Shown here: positions 1-9,346 of the stretch, piece after piece
Numbering within the stretch: the stretch's first letter is position 1
How the letters are laid out: every line of letters begins with the position of its first letter
Source of the DNA: Candidatus Scatovivens sp.
GTDB lineage: Bacteria > Bacillota > Clostridia > TANB77 > CAG-508
Direction of reading: 5' to 3'
NCBI GenBank assembly: GCA_045646345.1
Contig: JAZRKN010000011.1
Location: forward strand, 94,801 to 158,800
Length of the DNA stretch: 64,000 nucleotides
Made by a program: the position numbers and the translations under genes
Notes under the pieces: model-generated
Databases searched by the model: none
What the model saw: the letters and a program-made list of their open reading frames with translations, nothing else
What the model was told of the DNA's origin: nothing

Positions 1-907
1 AAAAAATGTATGGTCACCGATAACATACAAATCAAATTCAATTTTGAGTAAAGTTGTAATTGATTATATTGGTCACATACCAGTTCAAAATTTAAATTCC
101 GAAGTGTTAGAATCTTTTTATAATTCTTTAAGAAAAGATACAAATTATTCAGAGAATACTATACAACATTATTACACATTGATTAATTCTGTTTTAAATA
201 AAGGTGTTGTATGGAATTATTTGATGAATAACCCAAATAAAAGAATTGAAAAACCAAAGTTTATTAAAAAAAGAATAGAATGTTATTCGCCTGAAGAGGT
301 AGAAAAATTAATTGAAGTTTTAAATAATGAATCCCTAAAATATCAAGCTATTATAATGTTGACTTTAGATAGTGGCGCTAGAAGAGGAGAAATAACAGGT
401 CTAACCTGGGAAGATATAAACCTTGAAGAAAAGACATTGTTTATAAATAAAAGTACACAATATGTAAAAGAAAAAGGAATATTTGAAAAAACACCAAAGA
501 ATCAAACAAGTATAAGAAAGATTTATATTTCAGATTCAACAGTCGAGATACTGAAGAAATATAAAAAAGAACAATTAGAAAAGCGAATTAAGTTAGGGAA
601 TAAATGGGGAAATAGTAAAAGAGTATTTACAACAGAAATGGGAAATGATATGCACCCAGATACACCAACAAAGATATTAGAAAAGATAATAAAAAGATAC
701 AATTTAAAGAGGATTACTTTTCACGGATTAAGACATACATCAATATCATTACAAATAAGTAGAGGAATACAAGTTCAGATTATTAGTAAAAGAGCTGGTC
801 ACTCTAATGTAACAGTAACACATAACACATATTCACATTTCTTTGAAGATGAATTTAAGGAAGTAGCTAATGTGATGAATGATATATTAAAAGTAAAAGC
901 TAATTAA
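1..907 (+). CDS. Tyrosine recombinase/phage-type integrase, 5'-truncated by the window edge
   Basis: The frame is open from base 2 (KNVWSPITYKSNSILSKVV...). Catalytic motifs are G-A-R-RGEITGL, H-G-L-R-H and AGHS...THNTYSH. Confidence 0.93.
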   Translation, partial: KNVWSPITYKSNSILSKVVIDYIGHIPVQNLNSEVLESFYNSLRKDTNYSENTIQHYYTLINSVLNKGVVWNYLMNNPNKRIEKPKFIKKRIECYSPEEVEKLIEVLNNESLKYQAIIMLTLDSGARRGEITGLTWEDINLEEKTLFINKSTQYVKEKGIFEKTPKNQTSIRKIYISDSTVEILKKYKKEQLEKRIKLGNKWGNSKRVFTTEMGNDMHPDTPTKILEKIIKRYNLKRITFHGLRHTSISLQISRGIQVQIISKRAGHSNVTVTHNTYSHFFEDEFKEVANVMNDILKVKAN

Positions 908-910
908 AAC

Positions 911-940
911 AAAAAGAAGAGGTTTTGTACCTCTTTTTTT
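911..940. terminator. Bidirectional intrinsic terminator between integrase and tRNA-Lys
   Basis: AAAAAGAAGAGG-TTTTGTA-CCTCTTTTTTT. Confidence 0.7.
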
Positions 941-942
941 AC

Positions 943-964
943 TTTCGCCACTTTTTCGCCACTT
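943..964. repeat. Tandem 11-bp direct repeat, candidate integrase arm-type sites
   Basis: TTTCGCCACTT occurs at 943-953 and 954-964. Confidence 0.6.
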
Positions 965-1011
965 TTCTTATAAAATAAAAAAATACCAAGTCACAAAATA
1001 CTTGATACTAC

Positions 1012-1087
1012 TGGTGCGCCATAGAGGACTTGAACCTCCGACCATTTGATTAAGAGTCAACTGCTCTACCAACTGAGCTAATGGCGC
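1012..1087 (-). tRNA. tRNA-Lys(CTT)
   Basis: Reverse complement GCGCCATTAGCTCAGTTGGTAGAGCAGTTGACTCTTAATCAAATGGTCGGAGGTTCAAGTCCTCTATGGCGCACCA: 76 nt, cloverleaf, anticodon CTT, encoded CCA. Confidence 0.97.
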
Positions 1088-1107
1088 ATATGAACTTGAC
1101 AATGACT

Positions 1108-1136
1108 ATTATAAAACAATGGTATTCTTTTGTCAA
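1108..1136 (-). promoter_or_regulatory. SigA promoter of tRNA-Lys
   Basis: Perfect TTGACA-17 bp-TATAAT on the minus strand. Confidence 0.85.
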
Positions 1137-1180
1137 TAATAACTTAATAAAGAATATTTTATAAAAAATAGGGAATTTCT

Positions 1181-1209
1181 GTATAAAATTTGGTAATTGA
1201 GAAATACTA
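1181..1209 (+). promoter_or_regulatory. SigG-like forespore promoter
   Basis: GTATA-17 bp-AATACTA upstream of the coat-like genes. Confidence 0.5.
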
Positions 1210-1235
1210 AGAAAAAATAGGAAAGGAAAAGATAA

Positions 1236-1421
1236 ATGGGAACATTAAATCAAATGGAATTACAGAATTTACGTCACTTTATAGGAGCACAAGAAAATTC
1301 ATATGCTAAATTGACTCATTATGCTGATACTGCAGTAGACCCTCAAATAAAACAAATATTAAATAAAGCTGCGCAAGATTCTTTAAATTCAAAACAAAAA
1401 TTAATATCATTTTTAGGGTAG
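1236..1421 (+). CDS. Small spore coat-associated protein (CotF-like partner)
   Basis: 61-aa helical protein (LNQMELQNLRH...DPQIKQ) with an SD, paired with a Coat F-like gene. Confidence 0.65.
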   Translation: MGTLNQMELQNLRHFIGAQENSYAKLTHYADTAVDPQIKQILNKAAQDSLNSKQKLISFLG

Positions 1422-1429
1422 GAGGAAAA

Positions 1430-1678
1430 ATGGAAGAAAAAGCTATTGTAAATGATGTGCTTGAATCAACAAAAGCATGTTTAAAAGATTTTGAAGGAGC
1501 TATATTAGAAACTGCTAATATGGAATTAAGACAAACATTTCAAAATTTAAGAAATTCGTCAGAAAGCTTTCAATATGAGCTTTTTAAATTAGCAGAAGCC
1601 AAAGGGTATTATGCACCAGCTGCAAATGCAACTCAAGAAGAAATTATATCAGTAAAAAAAGAAGTTACAAATTCTTAG
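1430..1678 (+). CDS. Coat F domain spore coat protein
   Basis: AILETANMELRQTF...LFKLAEAKGYY pattern; SD GGAGG. Confidence 0.8.
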   Translation: MEEKAIVNDVLESTKACLKDFEGAILETANMELRQTFQNLRNSSESFQYELFKLAEAKGYYAPAANATQEEIISVKKEVTNS

Positions 1679-1689
1679 AATATTTTTTT

Positions 1690-1729
1690 AAAAGTTGAAA
1701 TAAAATTTCCCTTTTATTTCAACTTTTTT
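1690..1729 (+). terminator. Intrinsic terminator
   Basis: AAAAGTTGAAATAAAA / TTTTATTTCAACTTTT inverted repeat plus T-tract. Confidence 0.7.
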
Positions 1730-1830
1730 CTTTTATTTTTTTTATACTTCCAAAAATTTGTATTGACATTATTCCGTAAATATTATAAGCTTAATGTGAT
1801 AATAAATGGATAATATTAGTTTGCAAAGGG

Positions 1831-2817
1831 GTGATGGCAATAACTAGTATTTTTAAAAATATTGTAATTTACTTGAGAACTTGGATTAAGCTAATCTTAG
1901 TGCTTTTAGTAGGGTTTGCAATCATAGGATTTATAGTTTTTGCCGTATACAAACCGATGTATAGCGTATCTTTAAATGGAGAATTTATCGGATATACGGA
2001 AGACAAAGGTAAATTACAAAAAAAGATTAGTAATTATAGAAAAAGTGGTGACTCAAAAACTATTGCATTTGTCGAGATTGACGTATTACCAGAATATGAT
2101 TTGTGTTTGCTAAAAAAAGGTTTAGCAGCAAATGACGATGAAATATTTACGGCAGTAATAAGTTCAGGGGTTCCTTATTATAAATATTATGCTATTTTAG
2201 AAGATGGTCAAGAAAAATACTATGTAGAATCTTTTGAAGAAGCAGAAAATATAATTAACGACTTGAAAGCTAAAAATAGTCAAAATAAGGATACAATCGG
2301 ATTTGCATTAAAGTATGATACAGAATTAAAACAATTTACAGATAAAGAAACTACTGTTGCATCTTTATATAAAGAAATGCCAGTAATTAAGAAGAAAAAA
2401 TATGTTACAAGTAAAAATGTATCTTATGAAAATACAGCTTTAGGAATAGCTTTAGTAGAACCAGTTAAAGGTACAATAACATCAAGATTTGGTAGAAGAT
2501 CTGGTGGTACTCATACAGGACTAGATATAGCTAATTCAACAGGTACACAAATAAAGGCAGCTGCTGCTGGAACGGTAATATATTCAGGATACAAAGGATC
2601 ATATGGAAAGTTAATAATAGTTGCTCATTCAGATTCAATTCAAACATATTATGCTCACTGTAGTAGATTATATGCTAGTGTGGGACAAAATGTTAGTCAA
2701 GGAGAAGTAATAGCAGCGGTTGGTTCAACAGGAAATTCAACTGGACCACACTTACATTTAGAAATAAGAGTAAACGGAGTTGCTAAAAATCCTCAAAATT
2801 ACTTATATGGAAGATAA
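1831..2817 (+). CDS. Membrane-anchored M23 family metallopeptidase (murein hydrolase)
   Basis: N-terminal TM helix; C-terminal HTGLD, YAH and GNSTGPHLHLE motifs. Confidence 0.9.
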   Translation: MMAITSIFKNIVIYLRTWIKLILVLLVGFAIIGFIVFAVYKPMYSVSLNGEFIGYTEDKGKLQKKISNYRKSGDSKTIAFVEIDVLPEYDLCLLKKGLAANDDEIFTAVISSGVPYYKYYAILEDGQEKYYVESFEEAENIINDLKAKNSQNKDTIGFALKYDTELKQFTDKETTVASLYKEMPVIKKKKYVTSKNVSYENTALGIALVEPVKGTITSRFGRRSGGTHTGLDIANSTGTQIKAAAAGTVIYSGYKGSYGKLIIVAHSDSIQTYYAHCSRLYASVGQNVSQGEVIAAVGSTGNSTGPHLHLEIRVNGVAKNPQNYLYGR

Positions 2818-2850
2818 AAAGAATTACTTCATTGAAGTAATTCTTTTTTT
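2816..2850. terminator. Bidirectional intrinsic terminator
   Basis: AAAAAGAATTACTTC-ATT-GAAGTAATTCTTTTTTT between convergent genes. Confidence 0.8.
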
Positions 2851-2924
2851 GTGCATCAAAGGTGTTTAAATTCAAAATAAAAGGTTTTAAATAAAGATAT
2901 TGATAAATTACCTTATGATAAAAA

Positions 2925-3590
2925 TTATCCCAAAATTGATATAGCGTTTTTTTCAAGTAATAAAGAACTGAATTCTTTTAATCGTATTTTTACGTTTTCA
3001 GAAAAATTAATATCATTTTTAATATCAGAGCAAATTAATTCTAATTTCTCTAAATAATTATTGTTTAAAATGTCACTAGAATTGATTTTTATTTCTAAGA
3101 AGTATATATGGTTATATTGGTATAAATTGCTATCTAAATTGAAGGGGATAAGAGAATTTTTCAAAATTTTGCAAAAATCGAAAAGTTCTTCAATGCTAGG
3201 AAAAATATATATTAGAGATTTTTTATCTTTTGATAATTTGTTATCCAAAAAGAAAAATCTATTGTTTTTTGAAAGCTTATCATCTTTAAGAACTGAGAAG
3301 AAGTTATTGTTAAGATTTAAGTGGGAGTCCCTTTTTAAATTAGATTTTTGTTCTTTTGTAATAAAAATTACAAAACTTTTATTTTCAAAAGAAAATGCTT
3401 CGTAAGAAATTGATGCATTATAAGAATTAAAATCTAAGTCCTCATTTGCTATTTCAAGAATGGCAAGAAAAAATCGTTGAGCTTCGATGGAATTAGAAAG
3501 AAACGAATGCAAAGAAATGTTATTTTCTTCTAATTCTGTAATATCAAACATTATTTTAAGTTTTGTTTCTGCAAGTTTCTCGATTTTCAT
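2925..3590 (-). CDS. mecA: MecA-family ClpC adaptor protein
   Basis: N-terminal MKIEKLAETKLKI, a FVIFITK segment, and C-terminal LKEFSSLLLEKNAISIL are all MecA-like. Confidence 0.7.
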   Translation of the reverse strand: MKIEKLAETKLKIMFDITELEENNISLHSFLSNSIEAQRFFLAILEIANEDLDFNSYNASISYEAFSFENKSFVIFITKEQKSNLKRDSHLNLNNNFFSVLKDDKLSKNNRFFFLDNKLSKDKKSLIYIFPSIEELFDFCKILKNSLIPFNLDSNLYQYNHIYFLEIKINSSDILNNNYLEKLELICSDIKNDINFSENVKIRLKEFSSLLLEKNAISILG

Positions 3591-3776
3591 AAAATCCCTC
3601 CAATAATTAAATTATACAAGGTATAATTTAAATGTAAATGTCAATAAATGTATTAAAATTTTCACACTTAATTATATTTAAAAAAAGTATATAAATTACT
3701 TGAAAAAAACGACATATCAAGATATAATATACCAATGAAAAGTACAAATTTCCGTAAGAAAAAATGGGGGTAAAAT

Positions 3777-4034
3777 ATGGCAACAAAAGAAAAGAATTTT
3801 TGGGTATTATTAATATTTTTACTATCAGGTTTAGTAATAGGTGGACTACTAGGGGAACTTGCAAATAGAGTAAGTTGGCTATGGTGGTTAGCATATGGAG
3901 ATAGTTTTGGTCTTTCAACACCGGTTACATTAGACCTTAGTGTACTAGCGATAACATTTAGCTGTATGATAAGAATAAATGTGGCTAGTATAATAGGAAT
4001 GTTACTTGCTATTGTTTGGTACAGAAAAATATAA
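3777..4034 (+). CDS. DUF4321 small membrane protein
   Basis: 85 aa with GLVIGGLLG...LDLSVLAITF...INVASIIG; its usual position is upstream of the mre cluster. Confidence 0.8.
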   Translation: MATKEKNFWVLLIFLLSGLVIGGLLGELANRVSWLWWLAYGDSFGLSTPVTLDLSVLAITFSCMIRINVASIIGMLLAIVWYRKI

Positions 4035-4092
4035 CATATAGTAAGGTAATGTTTTTTGTTTTTTATGAGATTTTAAAGAAGGGAAGATATTA

Positions 4093-4914
4093 ATGAGCAG
4101 AAATAAACAGACAGAAATTTTAGGTGGTATTTTAACAGTAATTGTTTTAATATTATTAGTTTTTCTTTCAAATGTAGAAGTTAATAAACTTTCATATATA
4201 GAATCAGCGGTAAGTTCTATTGTAAATCCTATTCAAAGGGTTTTTGTAGACTTAAGAAATAAACTTCAAGGAAATTCAGCATATTTTTCAAATATGGAAA
4301 CTATAATGCAAGAAAATGAAGAACTTAAAAAGAAAAATAGTGAGTTGGAGACTAAATTAAGAGAATTAGAAATGATAAAAGCAGAAAATACAACACTTCA
4401 AGAATATATGAATTTAACAGAAAAATATGCTTCTTATCAAACAATCCCAGCTTATGTAATAAATAAAGATGTAAGCAATTATAGTAGTACTTTGGTTTTA
4501 AATGTTGGAATAAAAGATGGAATAAAAGAAAATATGACAGTAATTGCAGATAAAGGTTTAGTCGGACATGTTATATCTGTTTCGGAATCAACTTGTAAAG
4601 TTCAAGTTATTATAGATTCAGCAAGTACTGTAAGTAGTTCAATAAGTACAACTCAAGAAAGTATTATTTGTAAAGGAACACTTGATAATGGACAAAAACA
4701 AATCTTGAGAGCGTCATATATTCCTACAGGAGCAGAATTAATTCAAGGAGATAGCGTTTATACATCAGGTGTTGGTGGAATATATCCAAAAGGAATAATA
4801 ATCGGAACAATAAGAGATATAGTAACAACAAGCAATATAACAGATAGATATGCGATAGTTGAACCAGCAGTTGATTTTTCAAAAGTAGATACAGTATTAA
4901 TAATTAATGAATAG
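4093..4914 (+). CDS. mreC: Rod shape-determining protein MreC
   Basis: TM helix, coiled coil, GLVGHV, GDSVYTSGVGGIYPKG, VEPAVDFS. Confidence 0.93.
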   Translation: MSRNKQTEILGGILTVIVLILLVFLSNVEVNKLSYIESAVSSIVNPIQRVFVDLRNKLQGNSAYFSNMETIMQENEELKKKNSELETKLRELEMIKAENTTLQEYMNLTEKYASYQTIPAYVINKDVSNYSSTLVLNVGIKDGIKENMTVIADKGLVGHVISVSESTCKVQVIIDSASTVSSSISTTQESIICKGTLDNGQKQILRASYIPTGAELIQGDSVYTSGVGGIYPKGIIIGTIRDIVTTSNITDRYAIVEPAVDFSKVDTVLIINE

Positions 4915-4927
4915 AAAGGAATTTTAA

Positions 4928-5461
4928 ATGAGAAAAACTTTAACAGTAATTTGTTTAATATTAATTTTCTTTTTAATATATTTCCTTCAAGTAAACATTT
5001 TTAGTACTTTTACAATAGCGGGCATTAAACCAAATTTGTTTGTAATATACGTTTTATTTATAGGGTTATTTGCTAACCAATTTATTGGTATATCATTTGG
5101 TGTTGTAATTGGACTTATATTAGATTTTTTATATGGAAAAACTATAGGAATTTCAGCAGTAATGTTTTGTATCATTGGATATTTAGGTTCGTATTTTGAT
5201 AAAAACTTTTCAAAAGAAAATAAGCTTACAATAATTTTTATGGTAGCTGGAGCTACATTTATATACGAATTAGGAACATACTTTTTGAATTCGGTAATAT
5301 TAAAATTTGATAGAGAATTTTTATATTTTACTAAAATAGTTTTAATAGAAATGTTATACAATGTTTTATTATCGATAATTTTATATCCGTTAATTCAAAA
5401 AGCTGGATATGTAATTGATAGAAACTTTAAGAAAAATAATATACTTACAAGATATTTTTAA
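4928..5461 (+). CDS. mreD: Rod shape-determining protein MreD
   Basis: Hydrophobic 177-aa protein with KPNL and GLILD motifs, directly after mreC. Confidence 0.9.
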   Translation: MRKTLTVICLILIFFLIYFLQVNIFSTFTIAGIKPNLFVIYVLFIGLFANQFIGISFGVVIGLILDFLYGKTIGISAVMFCIIGYLGSYFDKNFSKENKLTIIFMVAGATFIYELGTYFLNSVILKFDREFLYFTKIVLIEMLYNVLLSIILYPLIQKAGYVIDRNFKKNNILTRYF

Positions 5462-5500
5462 AACTTATTTATTAAAATAATTAATAAAGAGGTGAGATGA

Positions 5501-7627
5501 CTGAAGCAAAAAAGTGAATTAGAGAAATCTAATTTTAGATATAATGTTTTAACTGCAATAGTTTATTTAATAGGAATAGTAATTTTAATAAGATTGTTTG
5601 ATCTTCAGATTGTAAATGGTGCAGAGTATAGAGAGGATTCGAATACTAAACTTACAAGAGAAGCAACAATAGAGGCTGCTAGAGGAAGTATTCTAGATAG
5701 AAGTGGGAACATTTTAGTAAGTACAGAGATGAAATTTTCTTTAGAGATGTATAAATCTAAAACAGATGATCTACAGCTTAATGACTCAATTTTATTAATG
5801 ACTACAATATTAGAAAATAATGGTAATTCATATATAGATACATTTCCAATTAGTATAGATCCTTTTGAATATCATTTTGATTCGGAAGAAGAACTATCTG
5901 CTTGGAAGGATAAATATAAAATTCCACAAACAGCTTCGGCAGAAGAAGCATTCTATCTATTTAGAGATAAATATAATATAAATAGTGAAAATCCAAAAGA
6001 AATTAGACAAATTTTAGCAATTAGATATGCAATATCTACAATTGGTTATTCAACAACAAGATCTATTGCTATTTCAGAAGAAATTTCAAGAGAAGCAGCA
6101 GTGCAACTTCAAGAAAATTCTCAAAATTTGACTGGTGTTAATATAGTTGTTGAACCAGTTAGAATATATCATCAAGGAGAACTTGCTTCTCATATAATTG
6201 GATATGCAAGTAGAATTAGTAAAGAGAATATAGATGAATTTGCAGCTCAAGGCGATACACATGAGTATGATGTTGACGATAAAGTAGGTCAAACAGGAAT
6301 CGAAAAAGTCTTCGAAAATTACTTAAGAGGAGAAGATGGAATAAAGCAAATAGATATGTCTGTTGATGGGACTGTAACTGGTGAATATACTGCTCAAGAA
6401 GCAATTGGTGGCGCTGATGTGGTTTTAACAATAGATGCAAATCTTCAAAGAGTTGCAGAAGAATCACTTGAAAGAAATATAATGAAAATTAGAGAAGGTG
6501 GATTTGGAGAAGCTTATGAAGCTAAAACAGGAGCGGTTGTTGTAACAAACGTAAATAGTGGTGAAATATTAGCTATGGCAAGTTATCCGGATTATGAAAT
6601 AGGACTTTTCTATGATGGAATTTCAAGTAGTAAATACAATGAATATAGAGATGCTGGAGCGTTTTATAATAGATCGGCACAAGGAACTTATCCGCCGGGA
6701 TCTATTTATAAAATGATTACAGCAATTGCTGGTCTTGAAACTGGAAAAGTATCAGTAAACGAAATGATAAATGATAATGGACCATTCTATGTAACAGATG
6801 ATCCAAATTATACAAAACATCCAAAATGTTGGTATTTTAATTCATATGGAAGAGGACATGGAAGATTAAATGTAGTAGGAGCTTTGATGAAATCTTGTAA
6901 CTATTATTTTTATGAAGTTTCAAATAGAATTGGAGTAGAAACATTAGGAGAGTTTGCTAAATACTTTGGATTTGGTAAGAAAACAGGAATAGAAATAAGT
7001 GAATCTGTTGGTGTAGTACCGGAAAGAAATTTAATTGAACGTCATTGGTCAAAAGCAGATACTGCTTCAGCATCAATTGGACAAGGTTTTGATACAGCAA
7101 CTCCAGTGCAAATGGCAAAATATATTTCAATGGTTGCAAATGGTGGGCATCCAATAGATATGTCTTTGGTAAAAAGTGTAATAAAATCAAATGGTACACA
7201 AGTTTCTGAAGATGAATTAATTGCTTATGAAGAAAAGAAATTAGGTAGAAAGATAGATAAAACTGAAGATAAAAATATAAGTGAACAAACAATAAATGCA
7301 GTACATGAAGGAATGAGATCAGTTGCTGAAGAAGAAGGTGGAACTGCATATACTGTGTTTAAAGACTTTGCTATAGAACTTGGTGGAAAGACTGGTTCTG
7401 CAGAGATGACAAGTAGTAAAGATTCAAAAGATGTAATTGCATGGTTTGCAGGTTTTGCACCTTATGATAATCCTGAAATTGCAATTGTTGTTATGGTTGA
7501 AAAAGGTGGACATGGTTATTATACAGCAGAAGTTGTTAGAGACATTATGACAGAATATTTTGGAATGAATGTACAAGAGACAAATGAAGATATGTCAGCT
7601 TCAATAGAAATAGAATCTTTTAGATAG
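5501..7627 (+). CDS. mrdA: Class B penicillin-binding protein (PBP2/MrdA-like), probable CTG start
   Basis: RGSILDRSG, SIYK (SxxK), SCN (SxN) and KTG motifs. The frame extends upstream of 5594 through the TM anchor to CTG 5501, with SD GAGGTG at 5489-5494. Confidence 0.88.
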   Translation: MKQKSELEKSNFRYNVLTAIVYLIGIVILIRLFDLQIVNGAEYREDSNTKLTREATIEAARGSILDRSGNILVSTEMKFSLEMYKSKTDDLQLNDSILLMTTILENNGNSYIDTFPISIDPFEYHFDSEEELSAWKDKYKIPQTASAEEAFYLFRDKYNINSENPKEIRQILAIRYAISTIGYSTTRSIAISEEISREAAVQLQENSQNLTGVNIVVEPVRIYHQGELASHIIGYASRISKENIDEFAAQGDTHEYDVDDKVGQTGIEKVFENYLRGEDGIKQIDMSVDGTVTGEYTAQEAIGGADVVLTIDANLQRVAEESLERNIMKIREGGFGEAYEAKTGAVVVTNVNSGEILAMASYPDYEIGLFYDGISSSKYNEYRDAGAFYNRSAQGTYPPGSIYKMITAIAGLETGKVSVNEMINDNGPFYVTDDPNYTKHPKCWYFNSYGRGHGRLNVVGALMKSCNYYFYEVSNRIGVETLGEFAKYFGFGKKTGIEISESVGVVPERNLIERHWSKADTASASIGQGFDTATPVQMAKYISMVANGGHPIDMSLVKSVIKSNGTQVSEDELIAYEEKKLGRKIDKTEDKNISEQTINAVHEGMRSVAEEEGGTAYTVFKDFAIELGGKTGSAEMTSSKDSKDVIAWFAGFAPYDNPEIAIVVMVEKGGHGYYTAEVVRDIMTEYFGMNVQETNEDMSASIEIESFR

Positions 7628-7643
7628 AAAGAGGTAAAAAAGG

Positions 7644-8249
7644 ATGTTAAATAATATTAAAATCAGCCAAACTACAAATGAAATAATATTAAATGTAAAT
7701 GTAATAGCAGACATTAACGAGATTATGGAAGAATTACAATCAAAGCTTCCAAAATTAAGAGATTTCTATCAAACTTCAACAATTCCGATGAGAGTTACAG
7801 GAAGATTGTTTACAGAGTCTGAAATTAAGAAAGTGAAAGCTGCTATTAATGCGGAAATACCTGTAGAAATAAAATTTGATGATATTTCAGATTTGCTAGG
7901 GCTACACGCAATTAAGAGAACTTTTGAAGTAGAAACAGACATATCAGAAACAAAATTTATACAAAATTCATTAAGATCTGGACATAGAGAAGAATATCCA
8001 GGAAGTATAGTTGTTTGTGGTGATGTTAACTTTGGAGCAGAAGTGGTTGCTGGAGGGAATATAATGATTTTAGGAACTCTAAGAGGTGTTGCGCATGCTG
8101 GAGCAAATGGTAATACAATGGCTATGATTTCTGCTAATAACATTGATGTCACTCAAATAAGAATTGCAAACTTAGTTAGAGAAGTAGGGGAAAAGGTTGA
8201 TAAATGTCCGATTTGTAAAATAGAAAAAAATGAAATAATAATTATATAA
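7644..8249 (+). CDS. minC: Septum site-determining protein MinC
   Basis: LRSG...GDVNFGAEVVAGGNIMILGTLRGVAHAG C-terminal domain. Confidence 0.9.
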   Translation: MLNNIKISQTTNEIILNVNVIADINEIMEELQSKLPKLRDFYQTSTIPMRVTGRLFTESEIKKVKAAINAEIPVEIKFDDISDLLGLHAIKRTFEVETDISETKFIQNSLRSGHREEYPGSIVVCGDVNFGAEVVAGGNIMILGTLRGVAHAGANGNTMAMISANNIDVTQIRIANLVREVGEKVDKCPICKIEKNEIIII

Positions 8250-8251
8250 AA

Positions 8252-8635
8252 TTAAATTATTAAAAGTACCAAGGTTATGATTAGAATAAAATCATAACCT
8301 TGTTTGTTTTTTTCTATGAAATTTATGCCTAAATCAAAACCTTCCATAACACTTAAAAGATTTGCTATTTTGATATATTGCTCTAGTTTGCTTTGTTTGT
8401 CTTTTTCTAGATATGGCATTAAAGATAATAGTAATTTATTTCTAGGGCAGTCTTGATTTTGGTTCATTTTTGACATTATATTTTTAATTTTTAGAATAGT
8501 TTCAATATCTAATGAAAAGTCTTGGCTTTCAGCAGGAGGAATGGGATTTCCTCCTGTTATATTGTTTAAATCAATGTTTTTCTCTTTTAAAATATCTGAA
8601 AATTTATTTAAAACTTCTGAAAAATCGTTTTCCAT
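8252..8635 (-). CDS. Hypothetical protein
   Basis: 127-aa ORF with PRNKLLLSLMPYL motif and a hydrophobic C-terminus. Confidence 0.7.
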   Translation of the reverse strand: MENDFSEVLNKFSDILKEKNIDLNNITGGNPIPPAESQDFSLDIETILKIKNIMSKMNQNQDCPRNKLLLSLMPYLEKDKQSKLEQYIKIANLLSVMEGFDLGINFIEKNKQGYDFILIITLVLLII

Positions 8636-8636
8636 A

Positions 8637-8768
8637 TTATTTGTCGCCTTTATCTAAATTTTTATTTAATCCTGAATTTTCTAATATTGTTTGAGCTTTG
8701 TAGATGTTTTTTTCAAGTTCTTCTTTATCCATTTTAGAGATTGCAGCAAGTAATTTATTTATATCCAT
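8637..8768 (-). CDS. Small hypothetical protein (MDINKLLAAISKMDKEELE...)
   Basis: SD AGGAGGT lies near 8786-8792, so the start is ATG 8768 or GTG 8777 rather than 8840; it sits 1 bp from the next ORF. Confidence 0.55.
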   Translation of the reverse strand: MDINKLLAAISKMDKEELEKNIYKAQTILENSGLNKNLDKGDK

Positions 8769-8953
8769 GTTATTCACTTTCAAATACCTCCTGTTACTTA
8801 GAATAATATATTTATATGCATCTTGATTTAAAAGTTTCATAAATATTACAACATATAATAAATTTCTTACGGATTATGAATTTTAAAAAAATAAGAAAAA
8901 TAATTAATCAAAACGGTAAACTAAAATAACATTATTTTTGTTTTTTTATACAT

Positions 8954-8960
8954 TTCGACA
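8954..8960 (-). promoter_or_regulatory. Spo0A box candidate
   Basis: TTCGACA is the reverse complement of TGTCGAA, in a divergent intergenic region. Confidence 0.35.
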
Positions 8961-9052
8961 AAAAAACACACGAAAGTCACAGATAAGTTCGAAAACACTA
9001 ATGAAAAACTTTGAAAAAAAGCCAAAAATGGCTAAAAAATGCTTGAAATTGC

Positions 9053-9081
9053 TTGAAAAAGTTAACATAACAGTGTATAAT
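9053..9081 (+). promoter_or_regulatory. SigA promoter for the giant surface protein operon
   Basis: TTGAAA-17 bp-TATAAT. Confidence 0.65.
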
Positions 9082-9346
9082 AGTTATTGTATAGCGTTTT
9101 GACATAAAAAGCTTAAAAACTTATGAAAGATTAGGTATGTAACACAAATTTTATATTTAAAATGGGTGATGTTCTTTGAAAGGAACTTCCGTAAAGGGTT
9201 ATAGGCGGAAAAAGTCGTAGAAACCTTGAAGCGAGTAGGGTTATCTATTGACTACTTTAAAAAAAAGAGTAAAATTATACTTATAATAAAATAGTAAATT
9301 AAGATACTATGTCAAAAAATTTGTTATTATGGGAGGAATTAAGATT

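Larger units (their letters stand above)
1..1030. mobile_element. End of an integrative element (prophage or ICE) inserted at the 3' end of tRNA-Lys
   Basis: The integrase reads toward the tRNA 3' end about 105 bp away, with tandem arm-like repeats in between. The other end lies outside the window. Confidence 0.75.

Noticed and set aside
9171-9253. Assignment as a c-di-GMP-I/II or c-di-AMP riboswitch
   Set aside because: I could not find the consensus nucleotides by eye; it is kept only as an unclassified structured leader.
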